A stretch of 63,152 nt of DNA, filler included, from Diploschistes diacapsis (lineage: Eukaryota), in assembly GCA_023645945.1 (NCBI GenBank). It is 7 parts of 7 records of this genome, joined end to end, with 100 filler letters (N's around TTAATTAATTAA, not from the genome) between each part and the next. Parts side by side here need not be neighbours in the genome. Positions count along the whole stretch, not along the records: positions 1 to 25,126 come from JALAIB010000219.1; positions 25,227 to 27,688 come from JALAIB010002197.1; 5 more parts are not named here. One strand, 5' to 3'. Positions 12,830-26,126 of this stretch are shown here, in pieces (position 1 is the stretch's first letter; each line of letters opens with the position of its first letter). Under the pieces are notes generated by a model, which saw only the letters and a list, made by a program, of their open reading frames with translations, was not told the origin of the DNA and ran no database searches. A program made the position numbers and the translations under genes.

Positions 12830-14647
12830 ATGCTTTCGATTCTCTCCTTACGGGAGCACGCAGGGATAACGACCTTGCTTCGCCGCCGGACAACTTTTAT
12901 AATACTCGCTTTCTCCATCGTTTTCATCTACTATACTATTTTCAGCATCCCTAGAGCTAGAGTCTTGGCATCATTCCGCATTAATGCTGATAGTTTTAAA
13001 TTGAGCAAATCGCCATGGGCGCAGCGCAAGCAGCACTTTCCGGTTACTTCGTTTCAAAAGCTACCTTCAGGCCAACCGCTTTCATTACCCAAGGTACAGC
13101 ATGACTTCCCTCCCGAGACCAGCGCCGCCAGAGAACTCAGAGAGTCGAGGCTGGCCGCTGTGAAGGATGGTTTCGCGCATGCCTGGCAGGGCTACAAGAA
13201 ACATGCTTGGCTCAAGGATGAGGTCAGGCCGTTATCCGGAACTTTTCGCGATTCTTTTGGCCATTGGGCGGCCACACTCGTTGATTCACTCGACTCCTTA
13301 TGGATCATGGGGTTCCGAGAGGAATTTGATGATGCCGTTGCTGCTGTGGCTGAGATAGACTTCGATACCTCGACAGCCGACACGCTCAGCTTGTTCGAGA
13401 CTACCATACGCTATTTAGGGGGATTGCTGTCCGCTTATGATCTCAGCCAGAATGCCGTGCTGCTGCAGAAAGCATTACATCTGGGTGAAATGTTGTATAC
13501 AGCTTTTGACACGCCAAACCGCATGCCGGTGCCATATTGGGATTGGAAGAATGCTAGGGATGACGGGTCTCAGGAACCGTCCGCTCATGCTGTTAGCGCG
13601 GATGTTGGATCTTTGACTTTGGAGTTTACGAGACTATCGCAGCTGTCCGGCGATCCAAAGTACTTTGACGCCGTTCAGCGAATCAGTGATATTTTCTCCA
13701 AGCAACAGAATGAGACTGCACTCCCCGGGCTTTGGCCGGTATTTGTCAACTGCGTCAACGAAGACTTTAACTATGGAAACCAATTCAGCCTTGGGGCGCT
13801 CGCCGACTCTCTTTACGAATACCTACCCAAGATGTATATCCTTTCTGGTGGCCTCCTGCCCGACTACGGTAGGATGTACGAGGCTTTCGTGCAAGCCGCG
13901 AAGAAGCACGTGTTCTTTCGGGCCATGAATCCAGAAAACAGAAAACTGCTTATTCCTGGGAATGTGAATGTTTGGGGCGGCCAGATCGATCTCGACCCCG
14001 CCGCTCAGCACCTCGGCTGCTTTGTAGGCGGAATGATTGGGATAGGCGCAAAGGTGTTTGGCGGCGAGCAGGACCTCGAAATCGCAAAACAACTGACGGA
14101 AGGCTGTATCTGGGCATACGAGTCCCTACCCTCGGGCATTATGCCGGAAATAATGCACGCCACACCCTGCCCCGCGACAGGCGATTGCGCCTGGGACAGC
14201 AGGGTCTGGCACCAGGCGGTGCTCGCCCGCGGTGGCCTCTCGGCCAACATCACCGCGCAAGAGATCATCTCCCGCCGCAATCTCCCTCCGGGAATCACCC
14301 AGATTTCCGACAGTAAGTACATTCTACGCCCCGAAGCCATCGAATCAGTTTTTATCATGTACCGCATTACGGGCGATACACGGTGGCAGGACAAGGCGTG
14401 GAAGATGTTTAAGGCCATCGAGAACGCGACAAGGACGGACATTGCACATGCCGCCTTGCAGGATGTGAGCTTGAAAAAGCCGGTGCAGGTGGACTCCATG
14501 GAAAGCTTCTGGACAGCGGAGACGCTGAAGTACTTTTACTTGGTATTTAGCGAGCCCGAGCTGGTCAGTCTGGATGAGTTCGTGTTCAATACAGAGGCGC
14601 ATCCGTTCTTGAGGCCGACGGCGAGGAAACGCTGGTGGTCGAGGTGA
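12830..14647 (+). CDS. Class I alpha-1,2-mannosidase (GH47), type II membrane anchor
   Basis: Motifs TLVDSLD, FETTIRYLGGLLSAY, DSLYEYL, RPEAIES, MESFWTAETLKYFYL, FNTEAHP. Confidence 0.96.
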   Translation: MLSILSLREHAGITTLLRRRTTFIILAFSIVFIYYTIFSIPRARVLASFRINADSFKLSKSPWAQRKQHFPVTSFQKLPSGQPLSLPKVQHDFPPETSAARELRESRLAAVKDGFAHAWQGYKKHAWLKDEVRPLSGTFRDSFGHWAATLVDSLDSLWIMGFREEFDDAVAAVAEIDFDTSTADTLSLFETTIRYLGGLLSAYDLSQNAVLLQKALHLGEMLYTAFDTPNRMPVPYWDWKNARDDGSQEPSAHAVSADVGSLTLEFTRLSQLSGDPKYFDAVQRISDIFSKQQNETALPGLWPVFVNCVNEDFNYGNQFSLGALADSLYEYLPKMYILSGGLLPDYGRMYEAFVQAAKKHVFFRAMNPENRKLLIPGNVNVWGGQIDLDPAAQHLGCFVGGMIGIGAKVFGGEQDLEIAKQLTEGCIWAYESLPSGIMPEIMHATPCPATGDCAWDSRVWHQAVLARGGLSANITAQEIISRRNLPPGITQISDSKYILRPEAIESVFIMYRITGDTRWQDKAWKMFKAIENATRTDIAHAALQDVSLKKPVQVDSMESFWTAETLKYFYLVFSEPELVSLDEFVFNTEAHPFLRPTARKRWWSR

Positions 14648-15786
14648 CGCAGGCTGGGGTGTCAGATTGTTTTTAAAGCGAGCATTGAAAAGCGCTTAGC
14701 AGGGCCATCGGAGCAATGCGGACCTCTACGGACTCGCCTTTAGCAGGCATGCGTGTCTACAAAGTTGCCTTGAGCATCTTGAGCAGGAGTGCCTGGATGT
14801 TTTTGTCGCATAGAGCTGACGAACGACTTCGACTGCTAGCTGCAATGGTGAAAGATTATATAATAGCTTTTGCTATCTTGCAGCCGTGAGCTTCAACCCG
14901 AGCTTCTGCATGTCACATTAAGCTGGTTACGCGCTGGACGTTCGGGAAAAGCTATAGCTCATACGATACTCTCTACTTTGGAAGCTTGAAGATGCCTCAA
15001 GTAATATCAGGGTCAAGACTTCATCCAGGGAGCATTAAAAGGCTCCCATGCCGTGCGCTTGGTCTTTTTATACTTTCAGGAAGGAGCCATAGGCTTATCC
15101 TAGAGAGCGACGTCTATCAGTATAGTAAATATATGCATGCTAAAGCCAAAGGAGCCCACCAGGGCGATGTCAATAACAGGGGCGTGGTATTTCAGACTAG
15201 CAAGTTGAAGCGCAAGATACGCAGGAATTAATAAGCGCAATAACCGTGCCCATACTCCGACAACAAATAAATATTACAAGGTTAAGATGCTTTTGGCGTG
15301 TTCCATACTCATATGGTTCGATGAGCGAAGGAATCATTTGCATGCTGACACTTTGTTTGAGGAAACTCACGTAGCATATACGACCGTTCATGGTTCCATA
15401 CCATGCTGTAAGGAGCTTATCGGAATTCTGCGGGAGATTCAAACTTCTTTTGCCATGACGACGCACATGAAAAGTCAGGCCAGAACGGGGCCCCAATCTT
15501 GGAATCAGCAAGTGCGTCCTTGAATACATGGGTAGGTGCGCGTATGCTGAGTTGTATGGGGCAAGTACTTAATTAAGTTCTATTATTCTTGAAGAATCAA
15601 CGCTGTTCTGTGGGATTCACAAATCCTGGCAGAGAAAGAAGGCTGCGATCTGTGCTACCGTCAAGTATCCAGTCAATCGCCCCTTTTTCTCACCACCGGA
15701 GCTTGTCTTTTTCATTTGAGTTGTGCTGCTACCTGCCACAAAATCCTAATCAGGTCTTTACATCATTTCTCGATCCTGGATTCACA

Positions 15787-17638
15787 ATGTCTATATCCTC
15801 CTCAGCCCAAGCGATGAACGTCTCCATCCTGCTCGTCGAATCCCTCCACGCGGCAGGCGTCAAATACGTCTTCGGGATCCCTGGAGCAAAGATTGACGGA
15901 GTCTTCAACGCCTTGCTAGACCATCCGGAGATCAAGCTCATAGTTTGCCGCCACGAGCAGAATGCCGGCTTCATGGCCGCCGCCGTGGGCCGCCTGACGG
16001 GGACGCCGGGCGTCTGCATCGCTACCTCTGGCCCTGGAGCCTCGAACCTTGTATGTAGGGTCACCTGATGTTTGCATCTGCTTTTCTCACCTTCCCCAGT
16101 GCACCGCCCTCGCAACGGCAACCACGGAGGGTGACCCCGTGGTAGCTCTCATTGGCGAAGTACCGAGGAAGATGTCCCAGAAGCACACGCACCAGTCCAT
16201 GCGCGCCCTGGATATGCTCGAGCCCATCACCAAGAAAACCATCGCCATCCACGTCGAGGACCAGAGCGCCGAGGTCATGCTCGAAGCGTTCCGATCTGCA
16301 AACTTCTACCCCAAAGGCGCTGTCGTGGTGTCCGTGCCCCAGGACGTGGCCTCTCTGGACTCCAAGATCCTCCCATTCCAGCCTGAGGCATTCCGCAGCC
16401 CCCTTTTCGGGCCGGGCAACAGTGAGCAGATGGAAGGCTTGAAGCGCATGCTCGAATCGGCGAAACTGCCCGTCTTGCTGCTCGGGATGCGGGCCTCAGC
16501 GCCGAAAGTCGTCTATGCGATCCGCAGGTTTCTGCACGCCTGTCCAATACCGGTGGTCGAGACGTTCCAGGCCGCCGGTGCGGTACCGCGGGATCTCGTG
16601 CACCTGTTCTATGGGCGCATAGGGCTGTTCAGGAACCAGCCGGGCGACAGGTTGCTCGCGAGGAGCGACTGCATACTGGCTGTGGGCTACGATCCCTTCG
16701 AGTACGACGCCAGCAACTGGAATCCTTTGGGAAAGCTGCCGGTCGTACATGTGGACTACCAGACGTGTAGCTACGACTTTCACTACCAGCCGCGGCTGGA
16801 GCTGCTGGGGAGCATAGCGGAGAACTTCGAGCTGCTGAATCGGACGGTGACGGCAAACCCGGCCGAGAGCACGCAGGGCTACTTGAAGGACCTTATGGAT
16901 GAATTCACCGCGTGGAAATCCACCGAGTCCGCGGCCCGCAAGGGGAAACCCGTGCAACCGCTGCATTTTGTGCGGAAGCTGCAGGAGCTGCTGGACGCCA
17001 GGGACGAAAAGGACGGCGGGGACACGCAGGTTGTGACGGACGTGGGCACGGTGTACATCTACATGATGCGGCACTTCTACGCGTACGAGCCGCGCATGCT
17101 GCTGAGCAGCAACGGCCAGCAGACGCTCGGCGTCGGCCTGCCATGGGCGATAGCAGCGAACCTCGTTCAGGATCCGCCGTGCAGTCGGCGCGTGGTCAGC
17201 GTTTCCGGGGATGGGGGGTTCATGGTACGTTCTTCTGCCCCCGCCCCCCCTCCTTGTACACTCATCAGCCCGAATTGGGTAAAGCACGCGGCTGATGTGA
17301 TGCCGCAGTTTTCATCTCAGGAGCTGGCGACGGCCGTCCAGCAGGGCTGCAAGATCACGCACTTCATCTGGAACGACAGCGCGTACAACATGGTGCAGTT
17401 CCAGGAGGAGATGAAGTACGGGCGCTCGTCGGGCGTCGCGCTGGGGGGAATCGACTTTGTCAAGTACGCCGAAGCGTTTGGCGCGAAGGGGCTGAAGGTT
17501 CGGGAGGAGGGGGAGATGGAGGCCGTGATGAGGGAAGCATTGAGCGGGCACGAGGGCGTCGTCGTCGTGGACGTGGCGATTGATTATCAGCAGGCGCAGG
17601 AGCTGGCGGGGCATGTCATTCCGGAGGAGTGGTCGTGA
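15787..17638 (+). CDS. Catabolic (AlsS/BudB-type) acetolactate synthase, ThDP-dependent, 3 exons
   Basis: Motifs [44 protein letters not shown], and the ThDP motif SGDGGFM..WND. Introns 16051-16099 and 17225-17308. No obvious mitochondrial presequence. Confidence 0.92.
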
Positions 17639-19931
17639 TGACAGAGGAATAGAGCACGGGGAGGCGCTTTATGGTGTGGGAATACGATTCATGCAGGCAT
17701 GGCTCTTCACGAAAGGGAACCAATGCAATTGAATAACCTTCAAATGGGTTACAAATACAAAATGCCATTTCTAGAATGTGTTCAGGCTTTTTAGCTCACG
17801 GCATCTCAAGACTGTGGGCCCGAGGCATCTTCCTTTTTCGACCGGTCTTCCTTTTTTCTTTTCCTTGTAAATCAAGTAACATGCTCAAGCCTCAAAAACT
17901 TGCAAGCTGCTAGATTCTGCAAATTTTTTTCATATATTTCGTACATTGTGCACAGTGGAAAACCTGGCCTGAAGCTTTATTAGGTACGATTCCCCATGTG
18001 CCAACCTACTACCCACCTACTAGCAACGCACCGATAATGGGACCACCACCCCCCCGTCGCATGATGATGCGAGCACTTGGAACTTGGGCCTTGCAATAGA
18101 CGTCGTGGATCTACCCGCGTAGATCGATAATAAATACGTGGGTTTCATTGTTAAATTACAAGCAATATCTGCGTTCGCGCAATAGACTGTCGTCAATATC
18201 AATTTCCAACTTTTTTTAAAAAACTAATATTTGTAGATTTGAAATTTGTCTCAGGCACGTGTTTGTATTCTGGAGTTTTAACTTTCTTGGGTTTATGCGA
18301 GGATTTCATTTAGCCCGTGTAACAAACATTGGTAAATTCAATTGTACATGGACAATGCACAGATTCCATTGTAAAATACCGCCCACACGTTACGAAGCTG
18401 TAACTTTCGTAGATTTATTGGGGCTTGTTCATTTTGCCCGCGGTACATCCAGACCTCCTTACCGACCAGGTATTTCAGGACGACTAAAGGCTGCTCAATA
18501 ATATCGCTGATACAACGGGGCAGGCTGTTAAAACCCCCCAATATGCTCGACGACGCTACGAAAGACCGAGCTTAGAAGATAGGCCAGGCATCGCACACCA
18601 ACCAAATTCTGGCTGCAAATAACCTTCAACGCTACTTGGACGCCTTCCCGCATACCCTCAATTTGCCAAGACCAACTGAGTGGTTGCAGCGCAGGCCACG
18701 GGCCACGGTGTGAACATTTTCCTTGGAGAACTGTGGATATTCACTGCGGACAAAAGTATTGGGTCGACGACGGAACACAGAACTGGCATTATTGGACGGT
18801 CTGGTACCGTTTCTGTAATTGCGTATTTGGTTAGCGTCATGGCCGTTTTGTGCAAACATTCATTAACTCCTCATCTTCATCTTCATCCTCAACCCTATCA
18901 TTGATTCGCACTTTCAGTATCTCGGAGGCATTGACACGGGAGGGCCTGCTACCAGATATCCGGGCTTACTGGCGATAATACTAATGAGAGGCAGTGATAA
19001 GAAGAAGAATAATTGCTATGCTCGTACGTTACCATCACCGTTCCACCACCACTGTTATCGTTGCAGGGCTGCGGGCCAACCATCTCCTCTTTCATTTTGG
19101 CATGAATTATTCACCTAGCCGTCATTTGCAAGTCCCGTAGTGTTGGAGGGCAGATGCCGTCTTTTACTCTGGGGCCCATCTCACCGGCTCTGTTGATATC
19201 CGTTGACTTCGGGACATGATAGTCCTAGGTGTAAGATGTGGCCGGGGCTTCATCTCCCATGGGTCCGGCTGGTCCTCGACAAGTTGGAGGACGAAGAAGA
19301 CGACCCGGCCATTCAGATGCTGGTTTGCATGATTATATTCGATAATTGTGGTAGTAGCTGGGGTTGCTACTAGGGTTGCTGGTTGGCAGGTGTTGCAGCA
19401 GGCGTCATCTATGACGATGGCGCTTGGCATCTACTGTATATAAGTAGATTGAAATTGAATGAGGAAGAAAGAAGTCAAAAGTATGAAATTAATCTTTAAC
19501 TCGCCTGCATAAAAAATATATTTCATAAAATTCATAAAACTGATATAATTTGTTTAAACATCGGGACATGAATTTATTTAAATTATTTAAAAATAAGGAT
19601 TTTAGAATTAGTATGAAATATAGCTAGACCCTGTTTAGCTCGACATACCTACCATACTGGTATTATTGATAATTCGATCTAAACATAAAATGTTCCACAC
19701 TAGCATATCCCAGCATATAATGAGTTGCTGTAATGAGTACTACCAGCTGTTAGCACAGTTTAACCCAACTGAACGAGCCCCTTCCCTTCAGGTCCCAGTG
19801 AGTGAGTGTGCTTTCCCCCGTCCTTCACCCGTTCCCCGTTCTGCCCCCCCGTTCAACCTTCCCTCTGCATCTCGGCAACGTTGAATTTTCTTTTCCATCA
19901 CTGACCTTATACACTCGTTTTGATCCAGGTA

Positions 19932-19962
19932 CATCCATCCATCCATCCATCCACCCATCCAC
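19932..19962 (+). repeat. (CATC)n microsatellite upstream of RAX2
   Basis: catccatccatccatccatccacccatcca. Confidence 0.8.
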
Positions 19963-20258
19963 GACATCATCACCCCATCGCTCACTTTGCACCTTTCTCA
20001 ATACTAACAATACTGTACTTCGTTAGTTAATTCATCATCCCGACACCGTTTCTTTAGCCCCGACTTGACTCATTCTTCGGAATTCCATTTTCGCGCGATT
20101 GCTCAGCCAAAGCAGCATGCGTGTGAGCGCGCGGTGAAGTCGACTTTCAAAACATCACCTACCTCCATCGCCCGCCGTTTCGTCTTCGAGGACTGCGATA
20201 TCCATTGCAAGAGCAGGGCTTCACAAAGTCCCCCGGCTCTGGCCAGGCAGGGCGAGAT

Positions 20259-23200
20259 ATGAGGCTGCCTCGTTTCTCGGGCCCAGAGGCCTTTGGCTTT
20301 CTTTCCATACTTTCTTTCCTGTCCATAAATCCTACATACGCCATCAACTTCACTCCTGTCCCGAGTCCGAATTTGGATCTTTCGCAATTAGGTCGGGTTG
20401 CCTTGACCGGCAACTTTGACTCCCTCGCGCTTTACACCTACCAGAATCAAAACGCAACCCAAATCAGCACAAATGGCAGCCAGGCGCTCTCTGCACGCTT
20501 GCCCAATGGAGATTTCCAGAGTCTGGCCATGTCCGATGGTGCCATCAATGCAATGTGTCCATTCTACAGAAAGACCGGCGGTCTCTATGGGGTGATCATT
20601 GGTGGGAACTTCACGAGCATTGGCAACGTCGAAGTACAGGGGATTGCGTTGTACAACGTGACAGATAACAGTGTGATTCCGCTGCCCGGTCTCAATGGTT
20701 CGGTCAACAGTGTCTGGTGCGACCAACAGACGGACGCCGTCTTTGTCGGTGGAGATTTCAAGGGCTCGAATTCGGCGAATGCTCTCGTTTGGTTCGCGCT
20801 GACAGGATGGTCCAACATGCCTTTCCAAGGCTTCAATGCTCCCGTCAATGCCATCACGCAGGCGACCAACGGCAACATCATATGGGGTGGTTCGTTCACG
20901 GGGCTTGCAAACATGTCGACCCCGACAGCGCAAGATGAGCAAATCGTCAATCTGTCCAGTGCCAACATCTCCGCAACTGGCTCCACGTCAACAGCTGGGT
21001 TCGGTGATCCACAGAACATCATTTGCAAGACGGACGGCCAGGACGGTCCCAACAGCACTTGGCTTTTGCAGGACGAGACACCTGGCTCCTTTGGCGCGGA
21101 TTTCAACTTCGGCTTCCAGCCGACAAAGCTTCGACTGTGGAACACACACCAGGATGGACGCGGAACCAAGACCTGGCGCTTTACCAATAACCCCAACTCC
21201 ATCCTGCGCTTCTACTTTCTGGATCCGGACAACAACAACCAGAACTCGACCTGCGACCAGACCTGCCCACTGTCGAGCAATCCCAAAGTCCAGTTCCAGG
21301 ATTTCTATTTCGAGCCCTCTATAGGGATTAACAGCTTTTCCATCGACATTTCTGACTGGTATGGGAGTGGAGGCGGCCTTGATGGCATCGAGTTGTTCGA
21401 GAATGGTAAGGATGAACCTGAGCCGTCGATACGAATCCCTCTAATCTGGAAGCAGACATCTATGCATACGCCGTATCGGATCTCAATGAGCCCCAGTGCG
21501 AGACGGCTTCGTCTCGCTCCGGTGCAACTTCGACCGGGCCCTGGACCGTTACGCCGTCAGGAAACAGCGTTGCTGAGTACCTCACCGCCAATCTTACCGG
21601 CCCGGGAGTTGATTCCAGTTCGGCTTCCGTGACGTTCTTACCGGACATCAAGCAAGCTGGCAACTATACCGTCACCGTTTATACCCCTGGATGCAAGCAA
21701 GACAACACTTGCGGCCAGCGTGGCCAAGCTAATATCACGGGCATCTTCACCGCTACCGGAGCGGCAAAGCCCGTCCAGGCGACGATCTTTCAGACCAACG
21801 ACTTCGACAAGTACGATCAAATATACAACGGCCCCGTCGACGCCAGCGATGGTTTCCGACCCAGCATCATCCTGTCGCCTCTGGACAGCCAAAACAGCTC
21901 CATCAGCCTCACGGCGCTCAGGGTCCGCTTTCAGCTGGAAGACCCTTCAAGCATCGGGCTGAACGGACTGTACGAATATGACCCTAGCAATGTCACCGCC
22001 AACACCGATTTCAAGAGGTCGAAGATAGACTCGATCGGTGTCGCCCTCGACCAAGGCGCAGACGTCAGAAGCGTGGTTCCCCTCAACGGTGCTGTATGGG
22101 TTGCCGGGAATTTCACATCGCAGAATGCATCCAACATTCTAGGGATCGCTCCAACCAACGATACCATCATCCTTCCTGCCGGTGGTTTGAATGGGGGCAT
22201 CAACGTGCTAACCCCGTACAGCGTTCTACTCTTCGCGGGTGGAAGCTTCAACGATACCAACGCCACCCATACCCCAGGTCTCACGAACGTTGCACAATAC
22301 GATACGAACCAAAAAACTTGGTCGGCACTGGGCAACGGTGTCAACGGTCCGGTCACGAGCATTGTGGAACTCTCCATGAACATTACTGAAAACGTTCCAG
22401 AAGAGTGTATCACGGTGAATGGCCCTTTCACTCAGGTCCTTGCAACAGATGGCCATCCAGCCTTTACTGTCGATGGTTTCGCTATCTGGGTCCCTGAGCG
22501 CAACGCTTGGCTCTCCAACCTCGGTTTGCCAACGGAAGCGATCGGTGGCCAGCTTACCATGAGCGTCAACGTAACTGGCAGTATGCCGTTGCTCTCAGGA
22601 ACCATCGCATCGTTTGGAATATCGCTCAGCGACTCGGCCGAGCTGACCGCCTCTTCCGGCGTTCCGGCTCTTGCTCCGAGCGGACTGAAAATCCAACAGG
22701 GTGCAGGTAACACGGGGTTGCAAAAGAGAGCTGCTAACGCACACACTGCAAACGCTACTGGTGTCGTGACGGGGCTCATCGACACTACCGGAGGCCGCAA
22801 CCTTACTATTTTTGGGGGTCACTTCGATGCACAGAGCTCGAACGGCGCGAATATTTCCAATTTGGTTATCATCAACGACGCGAACAATCAATCCACTGGA
22901 CTGCCTTCGAGTGTCGACAGCAATTCCACCTTCGTATCGCTTTCGACAAATGGTAATTACCTCTACGCTGGAGGTGTCGTCACCGGCGATGCCAATGGAA
23001 CTCCAATCAATGGTCTCGTGGTCTGGGATATGGCCAGTTCCACTTTTAATTCATCGTCGCCGCCCGCTCTGGGCGGCGGCACCGTATCCGTCAACGCCAT
23101 CGCCACGAGGCCCAACACGGAAGAACTTTACGTTGGTGGTGTTTTCGACTTTGCCGGTAATTTAGGGTGTCCTACCGTGTGTTTCTTTACTGGCGGTCAG

Positions 23201-23986
23201 TGGTCAAGGCCCGGTACCGACCTCAACGGCGGCAATGTGACGGGCATGCTGTGGCAGGGGAACAACAATCTGCTGGCCGTCGGCTCTGGCCTGACCGTCG
23301 GCACCCAGCAGTCCAGCGTTGCGGCTTACGATGCGGCCGGTCAGTCCTGGTCCATTCCAAATGGAGCTTCAAACATCCCTGGACCCATCTCTGCTTTGTC
23401 ACCCGCAAGCAGCGATGGCTCATCCTACTGGGTAGCGGGCCAGGACCCGCACGCCAACCCGTTCCTGATGCTCTACAGCAACAACAATTTCCAACCAGCG
23501 CCGGCTCTTGGAGCCCAGTCCTACATTCGGGGCCTATCGGTTCTTTCGTTGACCCAGCAACATGCGTCCAATAATTTCATCGATCCTTCGTTGACCCTCC
23601 TGGTAACGGGAAATCTCGTTCTTCCCGATTTCGGCAATTGCTCGGGCGTTCTCTTCGACGGGAACAACTACACCGCGTTCCTGTTATCAAACGAGGGAGA
23701 TGGCCCTGGTAGCGTCGGCCAAGTAGTCGCGGAGCAACCGCAATCCTTCAATACCTCCGTCAGCCACTTGGCTCTCGGCTATGTCGTTCTGATCGCGCTG
23801 GCTATCGCTCTTGCCATCATTTTCCTGTTGATGGCCCTAGGCTTGTTGATCGAGCGCCGCCGTCGCAGGGCGGAGGGCTACCGACCAGCTCCGCAGAACT
23901 ACTTTGAGAAGACTGCGAACATGAACCGCATCCCACCGGAGCGGTTATTCGGCAACCTCAACGCGCCGAATGCTCCCAGAGTATAA
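20259..23986 (+). CDS. RAX2: Polarized growth / bud-site selection protein Rax2, 2 exons
   Basis: Signal peptide, NLDLSQLGRVALTGNFD, PTKLRLWNTHQDGRGTKTWRF, YTPGC..QTNDFDKYDQIY, repeated GGxF beta-propeller motifs, C-terminal TM (GYVVLIALAIAL). Intron 21406-21455. Confidence 0.95.
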
Positions 23987-24857
23987 GGTGCTGTTGGATG
24001 CGGTGCTGCGGTTTCCTTGTGGCAAGAAACCGAACAAAGAACGAATCATGATACCCCATGCCTGTACGGCTTTGCTTTGTTATCCACCATCACTTACATT
24101 CTCCATTTCAAGCGTGGCGTTTGAGACGTTTTATGTTCTTCTGCGAATGCGGTTGCATTCGCTCAACTTCGCTTCGATTTCTACTACATTGGTCTTGAGG
24201 ATATCTTCTAATCAGACAGGCTCTGTTCAAGGGGGGAACAGGGAAGCAAAAGCTGGGGACAGAGTAATTGATAATGGAGTGTGCCTTATAGAGAGCTACC
24301 CTTCTTAATGCCTTGGCTCCATGCAGCGAGTTTACGGTCCTTTATTTTATGTAAATACACTTTCTTACTTGTATCGATGGGTTGAGCTCAAAGGTAGAGA
24401 GGACAGGTGGTGATAGGCTCAGTGGGATTGGAGCGATGTCGCGAACGGAGATCGCTACTTCTGCGCTAGGGAGGTTGATAGAGTTACTCGACCTGCTCGT
24501 TAGCTCTCCTTCGAGAGGTGGAACTTCATAGAAAAACCAATATATAATCATTTTAAATTCAACACTACTTGAGCTCCGTGTCTTGCGCAATCTCAAGCCC
24601 CTCACTTCGACATGCAGTCTAGCGACCATCCGAGCGCGGGATTTCCCCCTCTTACAAATCAGCGAACGCCTAAAAAAAAACATTTAAAATAATATATATA
24701 AAAAAAACAAAAAACAGCGGCATCCCAACTCTCTCTCTCCTTACGTCCTTTTAGATACGGTCGCCCCTGATACTTTTCCGCGCCCCGGGACCCACCACCT
24801 CTCCAAGCCGCTACGTTTACAATCTACGCCACAAAAAAAAAAAAAAAAAGAAAGGAA

Positions 24858-25038
24858 ATGGGCGGCGGTCCCCCCACCGCTGCTGGCCAGCGGCTCAACG
24901 GCCACCTCCTCTTCCTCCTCGCCTGGCCCGAGCCCAAAGACGTCACGGACCGCATCAGGCGCCGCTTTCCCCGCCTCGCCGTCACGTACAGGCGCGTTGG
25001 CGGGCCCAAGAGTCGCGAGCCGCGCGATGTGCCGGATG
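24858..25038 (+). CDS. First exon of a probable D-isomer-specific 2-hydroxyacid dehydrogenase, truncated by the contig end
   Basis: The N-terminus MGGG..LLFLLAWPEP..IRRRFPRLAVTY..VPD resembles fungal D-2-hydroxyacid dehydrogenases. GTGAGT donor at 25039; the contig ends at 25126. Confidence 0.55.
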
Positions 25039-25126
25039 GTGAGTTTCTTTTTGGTTCCCTGTTTGGTTTTGGGGTTTTGGGTTTGGGGTATTGGATGGTT
25101 AGGTTGCGTTGGGGAGGGTTAAAGGG

Positions 25127-25226
25127 NNNNNNNNNNNNNNNNNNNNNNNNNNNNNNNNNNNNNNNNNNNNTTAATTAATTAANNNNNNNNNNNNNNNNNN
25201 NNNNNNNNNNNNNNNNNNNNNNNNNN
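25127..25226. other. Artificial contig linker (N44-TTAATTAATTAA-N44); also at 27689-27788, 30251-30350, 32813-32912, 58032-58131, 60593-60692
   Basis: Six identical 100-nt spacers with stop codons in all frames. Confidence 0.99.
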
Positions 25227-26126
25227 GTCATACCGAACGAAATCAAACGAGTTAATTATCGATTCAAATTATTAAAAGACGTAAAGATTTATTTAATATT
25301 TTATTTCCGATATTTCGAATTTATATATCTAGATATACCGTTATAAGAAACCTTCTATTTCGAATTAAATAACGAGAACGAATACGAAGTCGAAAAGATT
25401 CTGGATAATAACCTTAAAAGATTTTTTATTAAATAAAAAGGATATCCGTCGGATTAAAATACATAAAAACCCTTATTAAACCTAAATAATTACCGAAATA
25501 AAATTAAAGAATATCGGAGACTCATTAAAACGAACGGAATGTCTTAATTATCGTCCGCATCTTTAAACACTTCAATCGTAAGCCAAAAATCGAATAATTT
25601 ATTTAAAGATCTATTAACGCGATAATATCTCCCGCTATAAGATCCTCGCCGTTATCCTTTAATTATTAAATAAGATAACGAGTTTTTATGATCGTTTCCT
25701 TTTACGCCAATTCTTAAATCTTACGCTTTTTATTAATTCATGATTATATCTTAAAAAATTCTTTAAATTTTTAATTTCTATCCCGTTTTAAAAACAATAA
25801 TTTCGTAACCTATTAAGTACGAACCTTATTTAACGGGAACTACGAGCGAAAGAAACAAGATCTTTTTACACGGATATATTTAGAATACTTATTTAAAATC
25901 AACGGTAATATTAAAAGGAATCATAAAAAAAATAAACAAGAATTATAGATTATTTTAGAAAAATATCGAAAAAATTCAATTTCGTCGATAAAACGCAAAC
26001 GTTTCTTTCTTCTATTACGATATATGATCTTACGTTAACGACGAATACAGGAAACTATTATAAAAATATTAAATAAGGACACGATTTCGTTTATATAATT
26101 AAACCTTTTAACGAATTATCGGATCG
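25227..26126 (+). mobile_element. RIP-degraded Gypsy chromovirus (family A, copy 1): integrase C-terminus, chromodomain and antisense ORF relic
   Basis: Reads ENEYEVEKILD...KRFFIK*KGYP (chromodomain); near-identical to 28280-28520; AT-rich with many TAA/TAG. Confidence 0.9.

Noticed and set aside
14986..15231. Possible acetolactate decarboxylase relic (DVYQYS) upstream of ALS
   Set aside because: The downstream GxGT..LDGE motifs and the expected spacing are absent; likely a chance match.
17930..18440. hAT transposase relic (BED-like CxxC and *TSPN)
   Set aside because: The motifs are in the wrong order on the minus strand and the surrounding residues do not fit; kept only as an unexplained block.
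25171..25182. Recurrent TTAATTAATTAA palindrome as a biological repeat
   Set aside because: Always centred in exactly 44+44 Ns; it is an assembly linker with stops in six frames.
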